A stretch of 32,000 nt of DNA, taken from assembly GCA_023898425.1 (NCBI GenBank), contig CP060222.1, forward strand, positions 270,001 to 302,000, given 5' to 3'. Shown here piece by piece: positions 1-8,060 of the stretch (position 1 is the stretch's first letter; each line of letters starts with the position of its first letter). Both the position numbers and the translations under genes were made by a program. The stretch is from Candidatus Saccharimonadota bacterium (GTDB lineage: Bacteria; Patescibacteriota; Patescibacteriia; 2-12-FULL-60-25). The notes beneath the pieces were generated by a model. It was not told where the DNA came from. It searched no databases and saw only the letters and a list, made by a program, of their open reading frames with translations.

Positions 1-223
1 TCTGTTTTACTTGGATATGACGTAGTGCGCTTAGTGGGATGAGTACGAGCGTATACGCAAGCGTGCCGATATACGGTATTAACGAACACAACCAGTAGAT
101 AAAAAAGGTAAAGGGGATGACATGAAATATAAGAGATTTCCATTGATGGAATACAGGTTGGTTCTCAATGCGTCTCAAAAATGGCCCGAAGGGTACGAGA
201 ATATCGATGGGATAAAGCTTCAT
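1..223 (-). CDS. hypothetical membrane protein, N-terminal part only (gene runs off the left edge of the window)
   Basis: ATG at 223-221 on the minus strand, open with no stop to position 1 (MKLYPIDILVPFGPFLRRIENQPVFHQWKSLIFHVIPFTFFIYWLCSLIPYIGTLAYTLVLIPLSALRHIQVKQ). There is an in-frame TAA two codons upstream of the ATG. Hydrophobic stretches suggest TM helices. A TATACT box at 235-230 lies 6 nt before the ATG. The ORF is missing from the track because it has no stop in the window. Confidence 0.5.
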   Translation of the reverse strand, partial: MKLYPIDILVPFGPFLRRIENQPVFHQWKSLIFHVIPFTFFIYWLCSLIPYIGTLAYTLVLIPLSALRHIQVKQ

Positions 224-271
224 AAAATTAGTATAGCAGCAATACATGGCCCCGCCACGTGAGCCAAAAGC

Positions 272-300
272 AAAAAGCCCCGCTTTTCGCTGAGGCTTTT
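272..300 (-). terminator. hairpin plus T-tract downstream of tRNA-Gln (also reads as a hairpin+TTTT on the plus strand)
   Basis: Minus-strand reading is GCCTC(A)GC-GAAAA-GCGGGGC followed by TTTTT. Plus-strand arms are at 277-283 and 288-296. Confidence 0.5.
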
Positions 301-303
301 ACG

Positions 304-377
304 TGGCTCCGGGACTTGGATTCGAACCAAGATAAACGGCTTCAAAGGCCGGTGTCCTACCATTAGACGATCCCGGA
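304..377 (-). tRNA. tRNA-Gln (anticodon UUG), 74 nt with encoded CCA
   Basis: Hand-folded cloverleaf from the reverse complement. Acceptor stem TCCGGGA/TCCCGGA (7 bp, U1-A72). D arm GTCT-AATGGTA-GGAC. Anticodon stem CCGGC/GCCG(T) with loop CT-TTG-AA. T arm CTTGG-TTCGAAT-CCAAG. Discriminator G, then CCA. Confidence 0.9.
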
Positions 378-519
378 AGAGGGGAGTTTGTGGGCAAAGG
401 ATAAGGATTTTTCGCGTAATTGTCAAAGTGGATGACCTATCGTTGGTTTGCCTTATAAACATTGACAAAAAGTATAATGAAATGTATACCGCTTAGGTAC
501 CTTTTCGGGAGAGAAAGAC

Positions 520-1065
520 ATGGGACGTACAGCCAAAGCGGATATTGAGGCCAAAGAAGGGCAAGACCCTGACGAGTCAAGAAGAGCGAAAACCTTTGCT
601 CGATTGCGAAACGTGTTAGAAATCCTCGCCAAAGGAAATCCATCAGAAGAGCTCCTAGATCTTTTGGATGGTTTCTTGGACGAGTTTACGGCCACGTATG
701 ACAAAGTACGCATGTCTTCTGCTGAGCGTAGCTGGGATTTGTTCCATCTTCAACAGCCAAGATACTTGAGAAAGACGGTGCACGAGCTGGGTTTGTCAAA
801 GCGCTTTCTAGACGGTGTTGTTCATCGTGAATTTCAGCAGTGTCACTTTGACTGTAAGCTCAATAGCAATATCGCTAATGATTGGCGTAGGCATGTCTTG
901 GCTGGAGACCTCATGATACTGAACCCCGGTAAAATCCTGAGGCTAAATAGCAGTATGCGATCTACTCTGAGAGATACAGAGAGAGTCTTGTCTGAGCATG
1001 GGATTACCCTCGCCGGCACATATCCCGAAGGCTGGATCCCTATACAAGAACGATTGAAATTTTGA
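520..1065 (+). CDS. hypothetical protein (181 aa), no recognisable domain
   Basis: ORF track. GGGAGAG Shine-Dalgarno-like purine run about 8 nt upstream of the ATG. TATAAT at 473-478. Followed by a terminator hairpin. Confidence 0.6.
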   Translation: MGRTAKADIEAKEGQDPDESRRAKTFARLRNVLEILAKGNPSEELLDLLDGFLDEFTATYDKVRMSSAERSWDLFHLQQPRYLRKTVHELGLSKRFLDGVVHREFQQCHFDCKLNSNIANDWRRHVLAGDLMILNPGKILRLNSSMRSTLRDTERVLSEHGITLAGTYPEGWIPIQERLKF

Positions 1066-1086
1066 TGAATCATCAACATTGGTATG

Positions 1087-1115
1087 AGCCCGCTGATCTG
1101 GCGGGCTTTTCTATT
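1087..1115 (+). terminator. rho-independent terminator
   Basis: AGCCCGC (1087-1093), 7-nt loop, GCGGGCT (1101-1107), then TTTTCTATT. Confidence 0.7.
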
Positions 1116-1185
1116 GGGATAAATTTATGTATAGTACCTTGCATAACATAGTAACTTGTGTTACCCTTGCAAATGTATAAAACGT

Positions 1186-1536
1186 ATGACTACAAAACCC
1201 CCAATTGATGTCGCAAATACGAAAGCTCAGATGCGTAAAGGTATTCTTGAGTTTTGTATCCTTTTGGTTATTTCAGAAGGAGAAGCGTATGCCAGCGACA
1301 TTTTAAAAGAGCTGCAAGCAGCTGATCTCATCGTGGTTGAAGGAACTCTTTATCCGCTTTTGAGTCGATTAAAAAATGCCGGTCTTCTCATGTATGACTG
1401 GTCGGAGTCAAAAAACGGTCCTCCTCGTAAGTATTATTCGCTTACGCCTCAGGGTCGCAAGTTCTTAGATCAGCTCTCAGAAACATGGACTGCCTTAGAT
1501 CGTTCTATTAATACCTTAATGAAAAAATTTAATTAA
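1186..1536 (+). CDS. PadR family transcriptional regulator
   Basis: Winged-helix PadR signature (GILEFCILLVISEGEAYASDILKEL...VVEGTLYPLLSRLKNAGLL...PPRKYYSLTPQGRKFL). The ATG at 1186 is preferred over the TTG at 1156 in the track, because the extension MCYPCKCIKR is not PadR-like. Confidence 0.9.
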   Translation: MTTKPPIDVANTKAQMRKGILEFCILLVISEGEAYASDILKELQAADLIVVEGTLYPLLSRLKNAGLLMYDWSESKNGPPRKYYSLTPQGRKFLDQLSETWTALDRSINTLMKKFN

Positions 1537-1542
1537 CGTTAT

Positions 1543-3312
1543 ATGAAAAAAACCCTTTCTATCACCATTGGTGGTCTCGTCTACAATATCGAAGAAGACG
1601 CTTTTTTGTCACTCGATGCTTATCTCGAAAAATTACGTTCACATTTTAGCAGCGACGAAAATGTTGATGAGTTAATTGCTGATATCGAAGCAAGTATCTC
1701 AGAAAAATTTGCTGAAAAATTAGAGAAGCGTACGGTTATTCGTTTGCAAGATGTTGAAGAAGTGATTGCTGTCATGGGCAAAGCAGAAGAGATTGACGAA
1801 GAGGCAACAACAGAATCGCAAAAACAAGGTGAGCAAAACGAACAAAAGTCAGAAGAATCTACAGAAAAGCGACTCTATCGTGATGTAGACGACATGGTCA
1901 TCGCTGGCGTTTGTTCAGGTATTGCTGCCTATTACGGTGTTGATGTTGTTTTTGTACGAATCGCATTTATCATTTTAGCGTTTGTTAATGGTATCGGTAT
2001 TTTGCTCTACCTTATTCTTTGGTTGGCGATGGCAAAGGCTATTACGCCTTCTCAAAAATTGTCTATGCGAGGCCGTCCTGTAAATGTAAATGAGTTGCAA
2101 GATGCAATTAAAGAAAAAGCAAAAACAATGACCAACGAAGGCAAAGAGGCGGTAGAACGAATCAAATCTAATGATTCATTATGGAAGAAAATCGCTGCGG
2201 TACCAGTTGCTATTATTGAACTCGTTGCGAAAGCAGGCAATGCATTGTTTCGTCTTATCGTTCCTTTTGTCGCAACCATTATTGGTATTGTTTTCACCCT
2301 TAGTTCGTTTGCGGCACTTGTAGGGATCACTATTATTGCGGGTGTATTGCTCTTTAATATTCAGTCTCCACAGATTATTTCAGACTTGCCATTACAAGAG
2401 TTAGCGGGTAATCCAGCGTATTATGTAGGTGTTGTTGCAGGATATTTTTCCACCTTTATCCCTGTATTGGTGGGGATCGTGGCAGGAATTTCGTTATTGT
2501 TACGACGAAATCTATTTAGCATCCTTTTAGGAACCGTTTTTGCTGGAATCTGGATCGTAGCTGTAACAACGTGGGTGATTTGTGGTGTGCAACTATCACC
2601 GTGGTTGAATGATCGTATCCAGGCAGCGCAAGATATGCCACAGGTAACAAAGAACCTTGAGCTAAAAGATTTTGATCGTGTCTACGCTGGATCATACGGA
2701 ACATTTGTTATTAAAGAAGGTCCGGTTTTTTCTGTACAACTCAAAGGTACTCAAGCGGCAATTGATAATGCAGAAGCTACTACGGTTGATGGCGTTTTGT
2801 TTATCGCACAAACGCCGGTTAAACAACGAGGGATTTGTCTCTTTTGTCACAATCAACGTGTAACGGGAGAGATCACGATGCCAGTACTCAAGCAGTACAA
2901 AGGGTCGGGGATTGCGCGTGCAGATGTCGAAGGCTTCAAAGGTGATCTAGAATTACTCCTTACAGACGCAGCTAGATTTGATGGCGCTCGTCTCGATCTT
3001 GCAAAAATAACGTTACGACTCGAGGATGCTTCGCGAGCAAGTTTAGAAGGTAAGGCACTTGTACTTGACGCTGAGCTTACTGACGCGGCACGTCTTCAAG
3101 CAGATCAGTTAAGGGTGGATGTCATTACAATTAATACAAAGGACGCTGCACGTGCAGAGTTGTGGCCATTGCAGTCAATTGCAGCAACGAGCAAAGCAGC
3201 AAGTCGTATTAACCTTGTAAATAATCCGCCAACTTCAACCTTGATTAATATCGGAAATAGTCAGATTACGGTTCCTAGCATCACCGACATCGTAGATCCA
3301 TCCGTTGAATAA
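1543..3312 (+). CDS. PspC domain membrane protein with a C-terminal beta-helix-like (DUF2807/GIN-type) repeat region
   Basis: PspC motif RLYRDVDDMVIAGVCSGIAAYYGVDVVFVRIAFIILAF, followed by multiple TM helices. The C-terminus has repeated xLxLTDAARxxxxxL units. It starts 6 nt after the PadR gene, which is the usual PadR-PspC pairing. Confidence 0.85.
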   Translation: MKKTLSITIGGLVYNIEEDAFLSLDAYLEKLRSHFSSDENVDELIADIEASISEKFAEKLEKRTVIRLQDVEEVIAVMGKAEEIDEEATTESQKQGEQNEQKSEESTEKRLYRDVDDMVIAGVCSGIAAYYGVDVVFVRIAFIILAFVNGIGILLYLILWLAMAKAITPSQKLSMRGRPVNVNELQDAIKEKAKTMTNEGKEAVERIKSNDSLWKKIAAVPVAIIELVAKAGNALFRLIVPFVATIIGIVFTLSSFAALVGITIIAGVLLFNIQSPQIISDLPLQELAGNPAYYVGVVAGYFSTFIPVLVGIVAGISLLLRRNLFSILLGTVFAGIWIVAVTTWVICGVQLSPWLNDRIQAAQDMPQVTKNLELKDFDRVYAGSYGTFVIKEGPVFSVQLKGTQAAIDNAEATTVDGVLFIAQTPVKQRGICLFCHNQRVTGEITMPVLKQYKGSGIARADVEGFKGDLELLLTDAARFDGARLDLAKITLRLEDASRASLEGKALVLDAELTDAARLQADQLRVDVITINTKDAARAELWPLQSIAATSKAASRINLVNNPPTSTLINIGNSQITVPSITDIVDPSVE

Positions 3313-3322
3313 AGACTTACAT

Positions 3323-3345
3323 AAAACGGCATTCGTGCCGTTTTA
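3323..3345 (+). terminator. rho-independent terminator
   Basis: AAAACGGCA-TTCG-TGCCGTTTT perfect 9-bp stem with flanking T-tract. Confidence 0.8.
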
Positions 3346-3363
3346 TGTTATACTTATTGCTAT

Positions 3364-4251
3364 ATGCACCCTTTGTTAAAATTTGCGATTGCTCTTGTGT
3401 GTACGGTATTTATTGGGCTATCTGGTTATTGGATTTTTGAAATTGTTCAGAATATCAGGAGCATCAACGAAGAACCATTAATCGCTACATCAACAAACAT
3501 CACGATACCTACCAGCGAAGATACAGAAGATGTTTCAGAACCGGTAATATTAGAGAGTGCAGAGCAACAAGCGGTTTATACAATCGTAAAACGTGTAGCG
3601 CTGACGCATGGTGGTGGCAGTATGGCGATTCTTCATCAATGCGGAGGAGAGCTTGTGGTGATTCGTCATCCACAAACAGGAATAAACACTCAGGTATGTC
3701 GTGGGTTGAATCGTTTGGTTTTGGAGCGCGCAGATGGAAAGTTCCATGTCCTTGATACCGTTGATGCAAGTATCGACGTAGATATTCCTCAGCTTACCTA
3801 TGTCACGCAGACGGTACAAAATGGTGCTTTCGCTATCATGATTTTTGAGCGCAATGGTTGCCCAATAAATAAACAGGCTTGTGATATTACTGGTTATCGG
3901 GCGATGACGCATGTTCTTGATTTGCAAAACGAAACGTTTCGTCGGCTATCTGCCTATCCAGCGCGTTCGATACCTGTATGGAATAGTAATGGAACAAAAG
4001 CAGTCTTTATGGCGCAAACATGTGCAAAAACGCGATGTGATGTAGCGCCTCTCATCGGATATGATTTAGAACAAGACGTAGCTACACGACTAACACAGGA
4101 GGAGGGTGCAAATGAGGACTATGCGCGAGACGTAACCGGTATAAAGCTCGGTTATTGGAAATCAAGACAATGGACGTCGTTATCTGAATGGACGGCAGTT
4201 TTTGTTGATGCAAATGGACTTGCCAAAACGCTTACGGGCAGGCTTCAATAA
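3364..4251 (+). CDS. hypothetical membrane-anchored protein (295 aa)
   Basis: ORF track. N-terminal TM helix (LLKFAIALVCTVFIGLSGYWIF). TGtTATACT extended -10 at 3346-3354, 9 nt before the ATG. Confidence 0.65.
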   Translation: MHPLLKFAIALVCTVFIGLSGYWIFEIVQNIRSINEEPLIATSTNITIPTSEDTEDVSEPVILESAEQQAVYTIVKRVALTHGGGSMAILHQCGGELVVIRHPQTGINTQVCRGLNRLVLERADGKFHVLDTVDASIDVDIPQLTYVTQTVQNGAFAIMIFERNGCPINKQACDITGYRAMTHVLDLQNETFRRLSAYPARSIPVWNSNGTKAVFMAQTCAKTRCDVAPLIGYDLEQDVATRLTQEEGANEDYARDVTGIKLGYWKSRQWTSLSEWTAVFVDANGLAKTLTGRLQ

Positions 4252-4256
4252 GTTGC

Positions 4257-4823
4257 ATGGCAAAAGAGGTATTGGAGCGCAAAATCCTGTTGTTTCAGGG
4301 TAAAGAATTTGAGTGGACAAAGCGTCGTGGCCAACGTACGTTGCGTTTGCGATTGTCGAGAGGTGTCTTTCAATTGAGCTCTGGACGATGGGCGACCGAA
4401 GGGTTTGTGCGTGGATTTTTGGAACGTCATCAAGAATGGATGGACAAAGTGTTGGCGAAAAAAGATCAACCGGATCATGGGCTCTTTGCAAAAGCTACAA
4501 GAGAAGATTATTTAGCACGTAAAAAACAGGCGCTTGCTTTTGTTCACGAGCATTTGCCGCGTTTAAATGCATCCTATGACTTTACCTATGGAAAGATCTC
4601 TATACGCTGCAATAAACAAGTATGGGGGAGTTGTTCTGGGGATGGTTCTTTGCAGTTTCATTATCAAATTCTTGATCTACCACTCGAGGTAGCGGAGTAT
4701 TTGATGATCCACGAATTGTGTCACCTCAAGTATCGTTCGCATGGTATTCGGTTTTGGCAGCTTGTTGAAAAGGGCTGTCCTGAAATGAAGCATCGTCGCA
4801 AAACCCTGCGTGAATTATCTTAG
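4257..4823 (+). CDS. M48-family / DUF45 (YgjP-like) zinc metallopeptidase
   Basis: HExxH motif in the typical context YLMIHELCHLKYRSHGIRFWQLV, and the N-terminal pattern RRGQRTLRLRL. Starts 5 nt after the upstream gene. Confidence 0.8.
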   Translation: MAKEVLERKILLFQGKEFEWTKRRGQRTLRLRLSRGVFQLSSGRWATEGFVRGFLERHQEWMDKVLAKKDQPDHGLFAKATREDYLARKKQALAFVHEHLPRLNASYDFTYGKISIRCNKQVWGSCSGDGSLQFHYQILDLPLEVAEYLMIHELCHLKYRSHGIRFWQLVEKGCPEMKHRRKTLRELS

Positions 4824-4826
4824 GTG

Positions 4827-4835
4827 TGATATAAT
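4827..4835 (+). promoter_or_regulatory. extended -10 promoter element TGaTATAAT, 6 nt upstream of the ATG (leaderless geometry)
   Basis: TG at 4827-4828, TATAAT at 4830-4835, ATG at 4842. No Shine-Dalgarno sequence in between. Confidence 0.45.
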
Positions 4836-4841
4836 ATCACT

Positions 4842-5885
4842 ATGGTAACTCAACAAATGCAGACAAATTTTTTTCTTGTCTTGCTCGCTATTGCGATGAT
4901 CGTCGCCGCTTTTGTCTACGCGCCTTTTGCGCAAGTATTAGCGATGGCGGCTATAACGTCCGTAATGTTGTCACAGTTTTATAAGAATGCCTTAAAGCTT
5001 TTTAAAGGCCACGAAAATATCGCTGCCCTAACAACGACCTTGGTATTATTAACCATGATCGTTGTACCGGTGTTACTTATCGGTGGTCAGGTCGCAGAAG
5101 AGACGGCAAGTCTGTACAAAGCTATTAGTCTTCAGCAAGATACGTTTTTTACCCAACTTGAAAAGTCGGTAAACGAGTTTGCGTCGGTGGCATTGCCAGG
5201 TATTCAATTCAATATTAATGACACCGTTAAGCAGGTGCTTGCTTTTGTAAGTTCAAGACTTGGGAGTATTTTTTCTGGTATCGTGGCTGTCATTGGTGGA
5301 ATTTTTCTTTGGTTGATCGCGACATTCTATCTTCTAAAGGATGGCGGGCGCTTTGCTGATAAGATCATTAAATTAAGTCCGCTAAGAGATGACTATGATC
5401 AGGTGATTTTTCATCGCATGTCGATGGCTATTCATTCTGTTGTAAAAGGGCAATTGCTCGTAGCCTCGATTCAGGGCGCGATGACAGGTTTGGGTTTTGC
5501 TGTGCTGGGTGTCCCGTCACCTGCATTATGGGGCGTTGTTGCAGCATTTAGCGCATTGATCCCAGGACTTGGAACAAGCTTAGTATTGATCCCAGGTATA
5601 ATTTATCTATTTGCTACCGGACAGCCTATCCAGGCCACGATTTTGAGTATGTGGGGTGTATTTGCTGTTGGTGTTATCGATAATCTTCTTGGTCCTACCT
5701 TGGTTGGTAAAGGCGCCGATATTCATCCGCTTCTTATACTCTTTGCGGTTCTTGGTGGTTTTGTCTTTTATGGACCGCTTGGATTTATCCTCGGACCATT
5801 AACGATAAGTTTCTTAATCGCGCTCTTTGATATTTATCGTTACGTCATCCTCAAAGAAAAAATACACGTGACACATCTTAAGTAA
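4842..5885 (+). CDS. AI-2E family transporter (PerM/YhhT-like permease)
   Basis: 347 aa polytopic membrane protein with the family-typical LLKDGGRF and G/P-rich C-terminal helices (LIPGLGTSLVLIPGIIYLF). Confidence 0.85.
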   Translation: MVTQQMQTNFFLVLLAIAMIVAAFVYAPFAQVLAMAAITSVMLSQFYKNALKLFKGHENIAALTTTLVLLTMIVVPVLLIGGQVAEETASLYKAISLQQDTFFTQLEKSVNEFASVALPGIQFNINDTVKQVLAFVSSRLGSIFSGIVAVIGGIFLWLIATFYLLKDGGRFADKIIKLSPLRDDYDQVIFHRMSMAIHSVVKGQLLVASIQGAMTGLGFAVLGVPSPALWGVVAAFSALIPGLGTSLVLIPGIIYLFATGQPIQATILSMWGVFAVGVIDNLLGPTLVGKGADIHPLLILFAVLGGFVFYGPLGFILGPLTISFLIALFDIYRYVILKEKIHVTHLK

Positions 5886-5886
5886 C

Positions 5887-5915
5887 AAAAAAGAAGCTCT
5901 AAAGCTTCTTTTTTG
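5887..5915. terminator. bidirectional terminator between convergent genes
   Basis: AAAAAAGAAGCT-CTAA-AGCTTCTTTTTT palindrome flanked by A and T tracts. Confidence 0.75.
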
Positions 5916-7145
5916 TTAGCGAGTATAGCTCGCAAGCGGACCATCTTGTCTGATCATTTCTTTCATATCACTATACGGAATCTCGGTTTCAAATTGACCG
6001 GCGGCATAGGCGGCGATTTCGTAGGCGGTGTGGTAGATAACGATACCTTTTTCTGTGAGATAAAAGTTTGAATCATTACCATAGAGCTCTACTTGCTTAT
6101 CAGCAGGATAGGTAGGAAGCGCTAAGAACTCTCTAAACTGTGCATTTGTCTCTTCGTAGAGATAGCCACCCTCTTCATCAGAGAGAAGGATCTGGCGTTC
6201 TTTTGCCAAGAGCGCTTGAAGCTTGTCAGGTGCAATAATATCCTTGAGTAAAAGCGTATGGCCTGTTTTTGGATCAATTGTAAGGCCTGCAAGAGAAGGG
6301 TTGCCGTGAGCGCCACCGGTGTACTCGTAGCCATCAAAACGGAGACTGATGATGTCTTCGGTATCTAGTGTTACCCAACCTGCTGCATCTAAGCTATAGG
6401 CGAGCGACGGTATCTCTTCTGGGCCTAGTTCATTTACGAGCGCTTGGATTTCTCCTACGCAGGCTGCGACATATTCGGAGGCGCGTTGTTCAATGGAGCT
6501 TATTGCTGTTGTTGTGTCTAGGTAGCCAACAGACGCCCTTTCGATAGCTGCATTAATTACACGAGCGTTTGGTTCGCTTTCTACCAAGAGGGGATAGGCA
6601 CTTTGATAAAAACAGACTTCGTTATTTGTTGTTGCATCTGTATGAGTGACATGCGCTTTTTCTACGGTCCATCGGTGCGCCATGGTTATCGTCTGTAGTT
6701 CAAGGTTTTGTGGTTTACCGGTCGCATCAGCAATCCAGGTTGCTTGGGCAGTATCACTCTCTGTCATTGGCCAAAAAATAGTGAGCTTACCTAAGAGGTT
6801 CTCGCTATTTTCATAAGCCGTGAGAATGGTTGATGTGACGGAGTTTTTTTCTGCAGAGAATGTGCCGAGTTTTGCTTGACCATCAATAACAAACGAAAAT
6901 TCGCCATACGTATCCCAAGGGAGACGCATGAGCTTTATTTGAGCAGAAAATCCTTCCTGATCACCAGAAAGAGCGATAAACCCAGAAGAAGGAATGGTCG
7001 GCGGCATTTCTCTAGGTGTTTCGGTTACCGTGGTTGTAATAGGTTCAACAGTAGTTTTTATTGATAAAAACGCTGGCCATCGACAGCCGGCACCTGCAAG
7101 CGCAAGCACGGTTGCGCATGATACGAGAACAGAGAGTTTTTTCAT
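5916..7145 (-). CDS. DUF3298/DUF4163-type lipoprotein
   Basis: Signal peptide with lipobox (LALAGAG-C). C-terminal domain has the hallmark YEYTGGAHGN motif of DUF3298. Confidence 0.75.
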   Translation of the reverse strand: MKKLSVLVSCATVLALAGAGCRWPAFLSIKTTVEPITTTVTETPREMPPTIPSSGFIALSGDQEGFSAQIKLMRLPWDTYGEFSFVIDGQAKLGTFSAEKNSVTSTILTAYENSENLLGKLTIFWPMTESDTAQATWIADATGKPQNLELQTITMAHRWTVEKAHVTHTDATTNNEVCFYQSAYPLLVESEPNARVINAAIERASVGYLDTTTAISSIEQRASEYVAACVGEIQALVNELGPEEIPSLAYSLDAAGWVTLDTEDIISLRFDGYEYTGGAHGNPSLAGLTIDPKTGHTLLLKDIIAPDKLQALLAKERQILLSDEEGGYLYEETNAQFREFLALPTYPADKQVELYGNDSNFYLTEKGIVIYHTAYEIAAYAAGQFETEIPYSDMKEMIRQDGPLASYTR

Positions 7146-7157
7146 AAAGTGTGGTTA

Positions 7158-7454
7158 TTATGAGTATAGAGCGATCACAATAATGGCGCCAGTTGAGTTT
7201 GTATACGCTGTAGCAGGGCGCCACGCTGCAATAAGCGGATGAGGTTTTTGAAGAAAATGTGTTATTCCTGTAAAAAGCGCTCCGGTTCCATGACCGCAAA
7301 TCACTCGTATTGCGGATGTTTTTCGTCCGGATTCACGTCCGATAAAGTCTTCGAGTTCTTTTATTGCCATATGGACACTCAAGCCATGGATATCTAACTC
7401 GGGCACATCACCGATTTCGGCAGCGAATAATTGAGCATGGATATCTTGGTTCAT
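7158..7454 (-). CDS. Smr domain protein (small MutS-related nuclease domain)
   Basis: LDIHGLSVHMAIKELEDFI...IRVICGHGTGAL matches the Smr (DxHG...GxG) pattern. 98 aa stand-alone protein. Confidence 0.8.
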   Translation of the reverse strand: MNQDIHAQLFAAEIGDVPELDIHGLSVHMAIKELEDFIGRESGRKTSAIRVICGHGTGALFTGITHFLQKPHPLIAAWRPATAYTNSTGAIIVIALYS

Positions 7455-7476
7455 AAAGGGATGGTATCATGTTGTC

Positions 7477-8058
7477 ATGACAAAAAAGCAAATGAAACAA
7501 CTTGGCGTATTGATAGCAACCGTTCTCATTGTTATTTGGCAACAATACAAAGGCACAGCGACGGATGCTGTGACATATGAATCGGATCCAACGCCGATCG
7601 CAACAACGACAAAAGCTGTTGTTGAAACAAATGCATTCGCCGTGAGAGTTGTTGATGGGGATACGATAGAAGCTCGATTTGATGATAATGAAGAATCGGT
7701 AAAAATCCGTTTACTCGGAGTAAATACCCCAGAATCGGTTGACCCACGTCGTGGGGTTGAATGCTTTGGAAAAATCGCAAGCCAATTTACAAAGGATAAG
7801 CTGGAAGGAAAGCGTATTCGGTTAGATGAAGATCCACAAGCGGATAATATTGATAAGTATCAACGGTTATTGCGTAATATTGTGCTTGAAGACGGCACGG
7901 ATTTTAACTTGCTTCTTGTTGAACAGGGTTTTGCTTACGCGTATTTGGACTTTCCATTAAACAAACAACGCAAAGCGCAATTGGCGGAGGCAGAAAAACA
8001 AGCCCGCGAAGAAGGTAGGGGTCTCTGGTCGACTTCGACATGCTCTGGTACAAAGTAG
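7477..8058 (+). CDS. membrane-anchored thermonuclease (staphylococcal nuclease, SNase family)
   Basis: N-terminal TM anchor. SNase motifs VVDGDTIE, IRLLGVNTPE, YQRLLRNIVLEDGTDFNLLLVEQGFAY. TGgTATCAT extended -10 at 7462-7470, 6 nt before the ATG. Confidence 0.85.
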   Translation: MTKKQMKQLGVLIATVLIVIWQQYKGTATDAVTYESDPTPIATTTKAVVETNAFAVRVVDGDTIEARFDDNEESVKIRLLGVNTPESVDPRRGVECFGKIASQFTKDKLEGKRIRLDEDPQADNIDKYQRLLRNIVLEDGTDFNLLLVEQGFAYAYLDFPLNKQRKAQLAEAEKQAREEGRGLWSTSTCSGTK

Positions 8059-8060
8059 CT

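Noticed and set aside
220-713. Three minus-strand track ORFs (220..468, 437..643, 453..713).
   Set aside because: They run through the tRNA-Gln gene, its terminator and the promoter/5' region of the plus-strand gene at 520. Their composition is odd and none has a ribosome-binding site. They are best explained as chance ORFs.
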